Below are positions 1-10,699 of a stretch of DNA of 20,000 nucleotides, piece by piece. The notes beneath the pieces were generated by a model. That model saw only the letters and a list, made by a program, of their open reading frames with translations, searched no databases and was not told the DNA's origin. The position numbers and the translations under genes were made by a program. Every line of letters starts with the position of its first letter. Within the stretch, counting starts at the first letter, position 1. Origin of the DNA: Raillietiella orientalis (lineage: Eukaryota); NCBI GenBank assembly GCA_036172245.1, contig JAYWIR010000141.1:49361-69360 (forward strand). The letters are read 5' to 3'.

Positions 1-1200
1 AAAAGAGAAGGTAAGTGTGAGGCTCCTGCCGTTTGAGTGTTCCGCTGCTAATGGAGGGCAAGCGCAGAATATGTGGACTTCTAAGCTGTTCTAAAGAACG
101 GTGTACAACTGTTAGGTGACTTTCTCCTTTGACGTTCTTTGATGCCGCTGTCTGATGATGAGTTTTCGCTAGTTGCACACACCATCCCTGGGTCGCCAAG
201 AAACGAGAGAACCGTTTCTGCCCAAAGCGACGCGTACGGACTGTCGTATGGAACAGTGTGTATAAAGGTGTTGTATTTGAGGTTATTGTGAATTAGAAGG
301 TGAAAAGGTTGTGTGAAGTTCCTGGAGATTCTTCTGGCAGCGATGTAGCTATGATCGCTGTGCATGAGCAGAGATGTTTTCATCCCGACGCCATTGATTG
401 GATTTGCTGACATTGCACGTGGATGCTTCATGCGGTGCCAGTGAGCATTATGCATCCAAGCAGAGAGATCCCCCGGAATGCGACAAACTTTACTCGTCTG
501 TGGCTTAGACCAGACTCCTCCCTGCACCTTCATGAAGTTGCGATGTCTTCAGTCTGTTTACTGACTTTCCGTAGCTATTTTCATCATCACGACAGTGAAC
601 CCTAGGAAAGTAGTGACTGTTGTTGATGAATGCACTGCCGCCAGCCTGGTCGTCAGCGGCTGTTGTCTTACTCCACGGATCCACGCGGCCTGCAGCCACG
701 TCGAAAAAGGGCGTACCAACGACCGGGATCCACACACATTCACGTGCTCTATCCACGAAATCTCTGGAGCGTGACAACTCTTGGCATTCTTTATGGAATG
801 TAGGAAGGCTCGATCCATCTCCTCGGACTCGGACTCTGAGCGACATGTTGGAAGGCGCCTCCCTACTATAGGCGGGCGTTATTTGCAGCGACAGACGCGG
901 TGGCAGCCATCGCTGGACTGCTGTGTTCAATTCGACTTCGAGCATTCGACCTCTTGGGAAGCTGATGGATACCTCCACGTGATGGGCGTTCTCAGAGTAT
1001 GCCCGAAGTTCCAGGGAGGGGACTCTTTCCTACCAGCTCACGCCACCGCTATCGAAAAAAAGGCAGCATTTCCCGAAGCTTCCACTGGTTCTTGTTCGCA
1101 TCGCTGCTTTCAAGTGGACGGACGACCATTTTATCGATCTGTTCCAACAGCTTTCTTGAAGCGCCCGACGTTGCGCTAGCCCATGGTCATGAATCTCCGA
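1..1200 (-). mobile_element. Decayed L1/Tx1-type LINE ORF2 fragment (RT domains ~2-7 and post-RT region)
   Basis: Minus-strand, frameshifted remnants occur in the expected order: NAAFFSIAV/FFDSGGVSW (domain-3-like), WNFGHTLR, VQR/DGC (RQGCP-like), FDVAAGRVDPWSKTTA (F..SG..N.sKt-like), TTFLGF (YLG-like), then NPINGVGM (P..GGLG-like). Boundaries approximate. Confidence 0.5.
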
Positions 1201-3330
1201 GAGTTCCCTTCCTGCCTGCAGAGAAAGGCGCCATGGGAAGTATTCGGTTAGCGATGACTGCGAGTCCTCAGTCTTACCTCTGGAGCCGCCCTCTGCCCGG
1301 ATCCACATGCGGGCCCTGCTGAACGCCTTCGGGCCTGAACCACGCAAACCTAGGATCTCGTCTTTTCTCGTCCTCGACCACGACCTCGGAAGTCGGGGGG
1401 AAGGATGCAGGACCGATCTCATCTTGAACTTCGCGGATCTCGCTGCAGGCAGGAAAAAAAAGGAGATGCGACGGTGTCCTAAACTGTTGTACGGCAGATC
1501 GAAGAAACACCAGAAGAGCAGGAACAGAAGTGGGTAAGAGCGAGTGAAGCCTTTTTGGGCGCCGCAAGACCGCACCTTTCCCGGAGAGATGGAAGCCCCA
1601 CCTTCCAAGGAGAAAGTGATGTTCTAGGGAATGCCGAAGCGTAGTCGGTCGACATCCAATGCTCTCGGAGCATCGGCGGTGGTCGAAAGTGCGCATGGAA
1701 ACGCGCAATGACCTCGCAGTAGACGTCTTCGCTCCGGACGTAACTGCGGACAACCTGACGCTAATGAAGAAGGCCACAGTTTCGCTTCTACCTCGATGGA
1801 CGGCATCTTCATTGCTGCGAAAGGTCAATTGCAGGACAGACTGCTGTCATTCGGGGCAGCCAGCCCTTCGGCTTCCTTTTCACGGACAGTGTCCGCCAAA
1901 AAGAAGTTTCTTCCCGATGGAAGCGCGGTCTTCCTGTGTGAAGAGGTTCTCAAGGAATACAGCGCGTTGCAGAACCGTCAGCCTGAAGATTTGCTGACCG
2001 TTAAGTCGGGGCAGCATGCGAGGGCATTGCCATACGCAAACACCCGGAGGCCGGCAAGTCCTCCCGGTGTTCCCGGCCAATCGCACGCGCCGTTATGGCG
2101 GTGCGGGGCCACGGAGGTCGGCGGAGGCGGAGCTGCCTTGGAAGCTGCGTACCCTCGCCGCGACTGCCTGTGCGGCTCCCCAGGCGGCGGCCTCTCCGCA
2201 GCACCAACACGCAGGCTCCTTCGAGGAGCGCGGCATTCATGGCCGGAGAGTGGATGCAGCTGCGCCCGGAGGCGCGGAACTTGATCACCAGGCCATCGCA
2301 GGGCGTTGATTCGCTGGAACAGACACGTGAGATACTTCGGAGTGACTTAGAATGCGCCGTATTCTGATCAACAGACGGGCCCCGATAGCCAAACACTAAG
2401 TCGCCTGCTCGTTCGCGTGCAGTCACGTCTGCCCCTCAGGCAAGTGGCTCGCCACCACCCGCTAGCGACACTGCTTTCGCGCCACCGCTGAAGCCTCACC
2501 GCCCTCGGCTATCCGTTCCCGCGAACGTCGCTCTCGAGACGGACGAGCATCCGTGAATCTTCTGCCATTCCACGAACACCCAGCTCCGGAGACAGGAGAA
2601 CGTGGGCCAAGGTCACCAAAGCCATGGCGAAAGTTAGGCGGTCCCTGCAATTCCTGAGTGTTGCGGAAGGAAGAAGCAGCGTAGGAGGTGAGCAACCATA
2701 CGATCGCCCGGCAGCCGCTGGTTTCTCCTCAACGGTGGTTTCCACTTGCTAGATAAGTGGCGCGTGCCTACCGGCAAAGTGGCAGCATCTTGGAGACCGG
2801 ACCGCGCCTGGTGACACTGCAGCACCTACTACGTTTCCCAGAGGTCGGCTTCGCTAGGGAGGACCCTTCTGAATTCCAGGAGACAGTCCGCTGCTGCCCT
2901 ACGGCTAGGGGCAACTTCTCTCTAGGGCGAAAGAAGACGGCGTGTGCTGGTGCTGCAGAGCTCGGAGCCTCGCGTGCAACGTGCGCCGGTCCCGTCGGAC
3001 GAGGGGAGCGTCATTCCCAATGGTTGCAGGTGCGGCAACGGAAATCGTCCGCCCTCCTTGCCTGACAGCACTCTGTTCTGACCACCGGATTTTGCGCAAA
3101 CTTCTCTCCGAGTTGTTGCTCATCCCGGTGGACGACCACAGACGGCGTCTTGAAGTTCCCTCTCGGTGCGAAGTGCCACGCGGCGACCGGAAGCCCCGAT
3201 CGCCGTTCCCCGCCACTTGTGCGTTGTCTTCTGGCTCCGTGGGGTTGTGTTATTCCGGCTCGCTGGTAGCCAAAATGGCTGAACAGCCATACTCTTCGCG
3301 GCCCGGTTCCTAAGTATGATTTCGACCTCT
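1200..3330 (+). mobile_element. Decayed L1/Tx1-type LINE ORF2: APE endonuclease, linker and post-RT region; RT core apparently missing
   Basis: LLNAFGP (~1316, NVYGP-like), LSEHR (~1660, SDH-like) and SRSAAFMAGE (~2220, linker RSR..GE). These are followed by TWAKVTKAMAKVRRSLQFLSVAEGR and RLVTLQHLLRFPEVG, which match the post-RT consensus. Many stops and frameshifts. Confidence 0.55.
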
Positions 3331-3599
3331 TCACTAGTAGGAAACCTTCACTAGGATCTGTTCGGCATCCTGTAAAGTCGCTGGGGGTCCGCCGTCGTGG
3401 GCTGTTATCACCTTTGCTCTTTTCCTCATTGTTTTTGTCTTTCGATTCCAAAAAGTGCCTTTTGGTGTTTCATTTTCTTCTTCCACCGTCCTGCATGACC
3501 TGCGGTTTTCTTCGGCGCTTTTTTCTGGCGATGTGACTGGGCGCAACATGGTGTCCCGTCCATCTCTCCTGGATTTCTATTTTCTTTTTTTTACATATA

Positions 3600-5630
3600 C
3601 GCTTTGGCGAGACAGGGAGGACTATGGATCCTTGGCAATTGTAGTGATAGTGGGTTGAAAAGTGAGCAATGCTTTCTGGATTGTTTTGCTAAGTATAGTT
3701 CTTCGAGATTCCCCTAGATGAGCTGGTGCAGTCTGCGTTGTTTACGAACAGCTATCTGCTCCCCATTAACTGGCAGGAGTCGTATTTTGTGACGTTGCAC
3801 GGATCAGGAGTTTGGAAGACCAAAGTCCTCGCTACATCTGGATGGGGTGAGCTGCCCTCAGGTCTCTTTGAGATCGTTTTCTCTCTCCTACGCGACCCAA
3901 TGAGCAGCGTCAGGACTTTAGTTCGAGTCATCTTCGTGCGAAATGAACTGCCGTCCTCCTCGTTTTCTGCGACTCCTTATTGCTTCGGCGTGACCCTGGC
4001 AGCCTGGAGCTCCGTCAGAGGAGCCAGAGACTACAAATATGCCACCCACTCGGCTATTGGCTTCCTTCGGATGCTAGGCAGGATGGCTCTACCTAGGGAT
4101 ATTGGTTATTGAGGATGATGATGCTGCCATGCAGAAAGAATGCAGGGGACCCTTAGCAGCACCAGGAGATCCCTTGCCGGGCATCCCAATTCAAGTTTCA
4201 TTCATTTGTTTTCGTATAGCTTCCTGTACGGATGTTCCGCTCCTCTCTCTTGCCGAGATGTCGGACCTCTGATGCCCCGTATGGCTGAAGGAACTGCAGC
4301 TCGTGTCAACGAGGAGTGACTCTTCGGCACCCCCAGGGAAGGCGGTGTTTGGGAAAACTCAACGCTGGGGTTTGCTCAGCTCTACTTGATTAGGCATCTC
4401 TTTGGCTACCACGCGTGCACAAATTCTTGCGCATATGTCGTTTTAATGTTCGCATCTTTGTAGTGTGGATGCCCGCCTGCCATTCATTCCACGAACGTCC
4501 AGTTTCTCCGCGCAACCTCGGAAATCCCGATGGCAGTTGCGTACAGTCTGAAAACATCCACCCGGTTCTTCCATCTGACCTCACTTTTCTAAAATCTCTG
4601 TTTCAAACGAATGACTCTTGCAATTCTCTTCATCTCTTGTCACATCAAAATCGAGAGGTGACATCTCACGGAGGATGGAATCACTAAGCAGAAATGCGTG
4701 GCTGTTTGTTCAGCGGCGGCACTTTTTCCACTAAACGAGTCCGCCTCTCGAATTATGGCTGCCATCCGGGAATGCAATGGAGGAAGTCTTCTCCTGTATA
4801 CTGGAAACTGCGCTCATCCCTTCTCCCGGATCAGCTTACCCACACAAGAGACGGTGAACTTCACATGGGAAAGTGCAGTGTCCCGGAAAGCCCGCGGCAC
4901 CGAAAATTCGCGAAAGGGTGGGCCCATTCCGGATCTTATAAATGGGAAGCAAACGGTCCCGTAAGCGGCTCGTTATCCACAGATGGCAGAGGAATAGATG
5001 GGAGATTCAAAAATCACATCCTTCCAGGAAGGGAACAGGCGATGCGCTCGTAGTTTCCCAAAGGCTCTGCAGCAGACGAGAAAGGTCGTCCACCAGCTGT
5101 CTTCCAGGATAACGCGAGGTTTTCCGATGTCCAGCCGTCCTGGTACGCAACATCGTTTCCGCCGACCACCTGAGGTGCTGCAAGAGGCGTGCGACACCCG
5201 CTTAGCTCTCTTATGCAATGGTCTGTGGCACCCGCTGGATCCGGACGAGGTGCAATGCTCGAACGGACCGCTCACGGATTTGTCGCAGACGCGCGATTTC
5301 TTGCTCGGAGATGCCTGATCTTTGACTCAAGGTCTACCCTAACGTGGAGTACTGCGCTCCCTTCGGTGAAACTGCTTCGTTTTGTCATCAGTGGGCATCT
5401 GCTCACGTGGCGACCTTGTTCTTGTTTCTGTCTGTGGCACGGCTATACTCTTTTTTGCTAAAAGCATGGTCGTGCGCACGACCGGTCCAGCTGACATGCG
5501 CACTTACTCACCGATTTCTCGTAGCCAGGTGAGTACTTCGATGTTCCACGTCTCTCCAGCTCCAGTTTTCTGTCATCCAGAGAGGCTACTATATGATATG
5601 GACCGGTGATCCTAGCCTATCTATATGATG
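3600..5630 (+). mobile_element. Decayed LINE ORF2 3' half (RT domains 3-7 to C-terminus)
   Basis: LLPINWQES (v.iNG..s-like), GVSCP, a clear YLGI at 4090-4101, ARVNEE*LFGTPREGGV (~4300-4350) and a weak Cys-containing remnant at ~5170-5230. Confidence 0.6.
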
Positions 5631-5639
5631 GTCATCCAT

Positions 5640-6110
5640 ACGTGGTCTGCTGATAACACGCGCCTTCGGTCGCTGCTCATTTTGATGCGGAGGGTAGCGC
5701 GGTTTCCATGAATGTGCAGGGAGGACTCTCGTCTTTCGCACCTGCTGCAGTGGGTGTTTACCCTCTTACTGGACGAAACTTTCCGGCTGGCACCACATCG
5801 GAGACTTCCCTAAGACGCCGTCTGCAGCGTTGATTCCAGCCATTTAAGGAAGAGCGAGTCCCTTTCCGGAGACTCCACGGGCCGCACCAGCTCTTCCAGG
5901 AGGATCTTCAGGGAATTGAACCAGAGGAACATTCCTTCCTGTGGGATGCTTTGGATGGCAGCTGCCATCAGTGCCCCGCTGTCCTTCCATCTCGCGTTTT
6001 TCTCTCACCTGTGATTTCGCAGGAGGGAGGCGCTGGTATGCAGAGGCGCTTCACTTCCTTGTCCAACCACTGCGCGCACCTTCTCGTGCGCTCTGCGCGA
6101 AATCTGCGCG
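5640..6110 (-). mobile_element. LINE ORF2 C-terminal (zf-RVT) fragment
   Basis: Minus-strand CSRCERRESSLH at 5749-5714 matches CxxC..ES..H of zf-RVT. Confidence 0.55.
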
Positions 6111-6114
6111 GACA

Positions 6115-6415
6115 GCAGGGCACGGCCCGCATGAGCGGCCGTATGTGTGCGGTCGCCGCGCGCGGCAGCTGGCGTGGCAGGTTCGAATGTTCGAATCCCG
6201 CCTGAGGAAGTGTCAAAGCCGGGAACAGGGGGGTGCGTGGCGGCTTTCGAGTGTCCCCGCTGGATGACGCTATTTGACCTGTAGGCTTGGGGTGCAGCAA
6301 TGGAGGAATCCGGAAACCCCGCTTACCCCCGTTGACCGGCCGGGGCTCCGGAGTCCTATCAGTAACCAAGGAACCTTAGGGATACTCCCTGGTTATCAAA
6401 ACGAATTCAAACCTA
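6115..6415 (+). mobile_element. Candidate tRNA-derived SINE or structured Pol III-like element
   Basis: T-arm/B-box sequence GGCAG-GTTCGAAT-GTTCGAAT-CCCGCC at 6176-6202 with a duplicated 8-mer. A-box is weak (~6124-6138). Hairpins at 6215-6247, 6304-6357 and 6363-6395, and an A-rich end. Confidence 0.4.
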
Positions 6416-6419
6416 TGAG

Positions 6420-7770
6420 GCTGGCTTAGAACCCCTGGGCTGGTTACCTCTGTAGAGTGCAAGAAGTGCAATGCTTGCTTCATAAAGCGACCCTTGAAAA
6501 GTGCCCTTTAGGGTTCCCTCCAGAGGAACAAATAGAGAGCGGTCTCCTTGCTGGTTGCTTCCGGAGAAGAAAGTCAAGAACAGATCCTTTCCGGGTTTTT
6601 TCTAGGAAAAAAGTAAGCAATTCCCCTCTTCGGAAGACTCGTCCGGACTCAATAAGGATGAGGTCCCTTTCGGTCTCCCTCTAAAGACAACCAGACACCT
6701 GAGAAGTCGCATGCGAGGCAATCGACTTTTCCCTACGCGTGCGTACCCTCAGGCGACCCTCTCAGAAAACAGGAAAATCTTCAGCCGTTACAGACATGCA
6801 GAAGAGCCACCAATCACTAGCTTGGCTTCCCATTCCTCTTACGGAGTTCCGTCTTCGATGAGAATCGCAGTTCATTGAGGCAGTGTATGTTGACATCCAT
6901 GCCAGATTTCAAAACATGATCGTTAATGAAAGCGGACGTCGTCCGGATCTCAAGGACCACCTGTGATCAATGGCTGATAATCCATCCCTATCTTTATCTT
7001 CAAAGTTTTGCACTACCAGTGAGGGGGTAAAAGGGAGGTCTCTGTCTTTTCCCCTTCTTCCAGCAGGTCGTGGATTCTGTGCTTCGAGAGGTGAGACAGC
7101 AGTTCGCTTCTCGGGATGCCCTTCAGGCTTCATGTCGGAGACGTCTTCCTCTCCTTCCAAGAGCCGCTCCTCTTAGCGAGGTCCTCACAGGTTCTTGGCG
7201 CCTCCCGGTACTCGCGCAAGCCGACGGCACCCGCCCAGCAAATGTCTCGAGCGCGGCGGATGCACGAGGCGACCACGAGCTGCCTCGTGGTTTCACCCGC
7301 ACAGCACTCATCCCACGAATGACCGCTTCACCCTTTCACGTGTCGAATTTCCTTTCTCGTCTTTCGCTTTTCCATTTTCCTTCCACCGTTTTATGCTACC
7401 GAGGTTGGGTTTACAGAATCCTCCTCTTCGGCATGCTTCAGTTCTTCATTTCACTCTTCAATCCCCCGGCACTCAGTTAAGAAAAGCTCCTCGGCAAACC
7501 AGGGATTCCATTTTTCGGGATCTCCATCTTTGGTTATTGTGAGTTTCCAGCTTCTGGACTTCCGGGGTTTTGAGATTAGGGATTGTTGCTCTCAGGTCTG
7601 TGTCTTTCGTCCACATGTTTAACTTTAGACGGAAGCCAACACAACAGGAGCTTGGGTTCTTCTGCTGTATTCTTACCCGCGATCGCCCAGTGCATACATT
7701 TTCTTATTGCGCCGTTGATTGTTGCGGTGTGTGATGACTGTCGTTATCCAGAAGTCCTCTGTTCACCAGA
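6420..7770 (-). mobile_element. Decayed LINE: ORF1 3' part followed by the start of the ORF2 endonuclease
   Basis: CMHWAIAGKNTAEEP..CWLPSKVKHVDERH (~7698-7600) keeps double-CCHC spacing with mutated ligands. A charged low-complexity tail follows, then DVNIHCLNE (6897-6871), resembling the APE D.iclQE motif. Confidence 0.5.
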
Positions 7771-7779
7771 AGCCGTATG

Positions 7780-8440
7780 AGTCTATGCGGCACCTTCTGT
7801 TTCCTGTTTGACGGGATGAACCCTGAAGATCGGATTTGTCACTTCTCCAAATTACCTGAGGCCGTCCCTTCTGTGCACCTCCTGAATCGCCGAACGCTGA
7901 CTGGTGCCCCTTCTTCGCGGTGGCAGAACTGCTTCTGTGCAACCGGCTTCTCCTGATGGAGCTGCAAGAGCTTCCGATCAACCCGTAGGTTCAGCTTGAA
8001 GTCAATATCTGGGCTCCATGGCGCAGGGTGCGACGAGTTCCGTCGACTCAGATCAGTCCTCTTTTCTGTACAAAGGTCCTCCTTGATCTTCCTGAGATTC
8101 TGAAGATTCCTAACCGAGTGGCAGGCAGGGACCACTGCTCGAACGGGGCACAACACGTGTGGGTTGGCGGGCGGAGCTCCGTTTGCTTTAAACCACAGCC
8201 TCAGCTGCTCTTACGGGGTGTTCTCTAGGCACAAGAGCAAATCCTCCTTACGTCTTCGTCCGACGACGGAGCGGTCTGCTGTCCACCAGCATTGTGATCT
8301 GCCCTTCGCTGCCACACATTTCGGGGGTAGACTCCTTCTTGCTCAAAGAGGCCAGCGCTCGTTCTGCTAGCGGCCCCAGTGCAAGAAGAGCAGCTCCGTA
8401 TGCTGCCAGCTGAGCAGAAGGTCTCAAAATCTCGCTAGGG
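7780..8440 (+). mobile_element. LINE ORF2 C-terminal fragment, truncated within the zf-RVT region
   Basis: 8374-8434 matches the reverse complement of 8985-9045 at 52/61 nt, which is the zf-RVT-like region of the neighbouring element. Left boundary uncertain. Confidence 0.45.
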
Positions 8441-8559
8441 AAAGTTGAACGCTACAGTTGACTAGCTGGTTCACCGATCAACAACCTCTAGCCTTTTGAA
8501 ATGTTCGCTCATGAGAAGCACGGTACCACTGAGAGGGGCGAGGCGATGACCCGGGTCTG

Positions 8560-10090
8560 CTTCGTCAGGTTCTTACTTAGCTTCCTAGGGACTCTCTGCT
8601 GAAGTGTTGGATAGGAAAGAGCGCTCCTGTACTGTTCCTCGGGACCACATGATACCTACGGACATCAGTGGCCGAAGAAAGATCAGCAGAATAAGCGAAG
8701 ACCTTTCTACAGGGAGGACAGTTGTCTTAGAAGACTCAGTCTGCCGATGCTGCGCGTGGAGGAAGAAAAAGAAAGCCAGCATCGTTCCAGAGGGTGTTGA
8801 ACGCGGAAGGGAATCCTTGTATAGTGCGCAGCTGTGATGCCATGACCACCCTCGCAAAGCGAAGCTGCAACTCATCGCGTCCTCTTCTCGAGGAGAGCAT
8901 CAGGATGCGGATCGGATCGGTGATGCCGAACCAGCAGGTCCCTCAGATGACCTTGGAACAGGAAGCACGACATTTAGCGGTGCTCGAGATTCTGGGAACA
9001 TCTGCTCAGCGGGTGGCATACGGAGCTACTCTTCTTGTACTGGGGTTACAAGCAGGTAGATCCAAGTGTAGTCAAGAGCTTCAAGAAGGGTTCTTGGCGA
9101 AACCCGCTTCTCAGGTCAACCGTTGGCCGCAAAGCACAATGGAAAGAAAGGGTCTTCAAATGAGTGCGCAAGTCAGTTCGAGGGAGGAGCAGAATCCCAT
9201 ACACTCTGCAGGGAGGTGGAAACCGTTGGGAGGATGGGGAAGTGGGTGATTCGCGCGGTCTTTCACAGTAAGCGCCGAGTAAGAAAATCTGCTGTCCTTC
9301 ATCGATAGGAGCTGTGACTAAATTTATGAGCTGTTTCAGCGTGGGTGACCCTTGCATATCATTGCACAACTGGTATTTCTTGGCCCTTTTTATTCCATGG
9401 ACTCGTCTTGGAGTTCGTATAGGGAGGAGAAATCCCCACCCCCTTGGAAGGTAGTCGCCCTGCTCACTACGGATGGGCGAGATCCCCGGTGACCTTTCCT
9501 TTACGCGGACGCCCAGGGGTCATATGAGGCTGACGACGTGTGCAGCACAGCGGATGACTGGGCTTTCATCAGAGTCCCTCGCGATGGAAGATGGTCGTCT
9601 GGATGCTTCCAGGTGTCGATGGAGACGCAACCTCGAATGAGTTTGTGATGCGGTATTCCGTGAAGGGAGTTAAGAAGGTTCGAATTCTAGGCTCGAGTCC
9701 CAGAAGAATTCGCGCCACAGTTCATTCCAGGAGCTCCGACGATTTCCGGTTGCGACGGAGGAGCGATCAACTAGGATGATGCCTTACGTAAGGATGAGCA
9801 GCTTCCAATAGGGATGGAGGAAAAAGAAGAAGAGGAGTTCTATCTCCAGGGCTTGCTGGAGATGAAGACGTCTGCATGGAAAGAACGCCTGACGTCTGCG
9901 TAGGTCGCGCATTCCTGCCGAGTCTTTCATAGTGCATGCTTGCGGCGCCGTCGCCATGGCGGATCCGTGCGTCGCGGGTAGAAAGACTTGTACTCCGCTT
10001 CCCGCCGCAGAGTGATTGCAGCGCGAGTCCGAGGTTGCTAGGTCCGCACCCGAGGGCGGTCATCGCAAAATCCTCACTCACCGTTAACTG
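8560..10090 (-). mobile_element. Decayed LINE ORF2 3' half
   Basis: In order on the minus strand: SVNGE, YADV (9902-9891, YADD-like), T*GIIL, LTPFTEYRITNSF, LPSKGVGI, SVCHPLSRCSQNLEHR*MSC (zf-RVT-like) and FNTLWNDAGFLF. Confidence 0.55.
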
Positions 10091-10109
10091 ACGCGCGAGC
10101 CCTCATGAT

Positions 10110-10660
10110 GTCCGCTGGCCCAGCAGTCCGGGTGGTCGGGCTGATCCCTTGCCTATCCCTGAGTCTCGTGAGCATGCCGGCACGAAGCCCGTCCACCGGT
10201 CTCCCGCGCTACACACCCGTCGCCACACACCCGTGTCGAGAGCAGCAGCGCTTCGCGCCTGCCTACGAGGAGCAAGAGTGAGTTCCAGTTGTGTGGCCTG
10301 AAACTCCACGGTGATGGCTGACTCTTTGATTCTGCCTTGCAGTAGGGTGATCGAAGCGTTAGGTTCATGTTGGCAGACTGACCAGTCATGGGTGCGCTCA
10401 ACAAATCGGCCAACGCTGCAGAAAGCTCTGCGTGTCGAGGTTGCGGCTCGAACGAGACGAGGGTACCACAGAATAAGCGCTGCCAGTGTCGATCATGTGG
10501 CTTATGGTTCAGAATGGGACGCAGTCCGTTGCCGGGCAAAGAACGGTGGGCAAGGTGGTGCGGGTGGGAAAGCACGATCGGCGGCGCTGTTGGGAAAGGT
10601 TGCAGGAAAACGCACGGTGAGCAGCGCAAAGGACACATAGGGTAAGGGCTGAGTGCCAGT
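10110..10660 (+). mobile_element. LINE ORF2 C-terminal (zf-RVT) fragment
   Basis: SACRGCGSNETR (first Cys at 10433), frameshifted to YHRIS, then RWARWCGW (W..W..R-like). Confidence 0.55.
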
Positions 10661-10699
10661 CCTGCGTCTGGGGTCAGCGACACAGCAACATGTGTGTCT

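Noticed and set aside
8..16. AAG|GTAAGT perfect splice donor at the window start
   Set aside because: No exon context is visible, and it may fall within an antisense LINE remnant.
6202..6260. CTGAGGA as a hammerhead ribozyme core, or an HDV-like pseudoknot
   Set aside because: No GAAA with stem II on the same strand, and no HDV L3/J4-2 consensus.
9094..9120. Minus-strand VDLRSGFRQ resembling the Ty3/gypsy RT DL.sgf.Q motif
   Set aside because: No accompanying gypsy motifs. It lies between LINE post-RT and zf-RVT motifs, so it is probably chance.
9925..9980. Minus-strand DARIRHGDGAASMHYE as a downstream GGT exon (PR.HHQL.P-like)
   Set aside because: Too few identities, and it sits within apparent RT domain 4-5 sequence.
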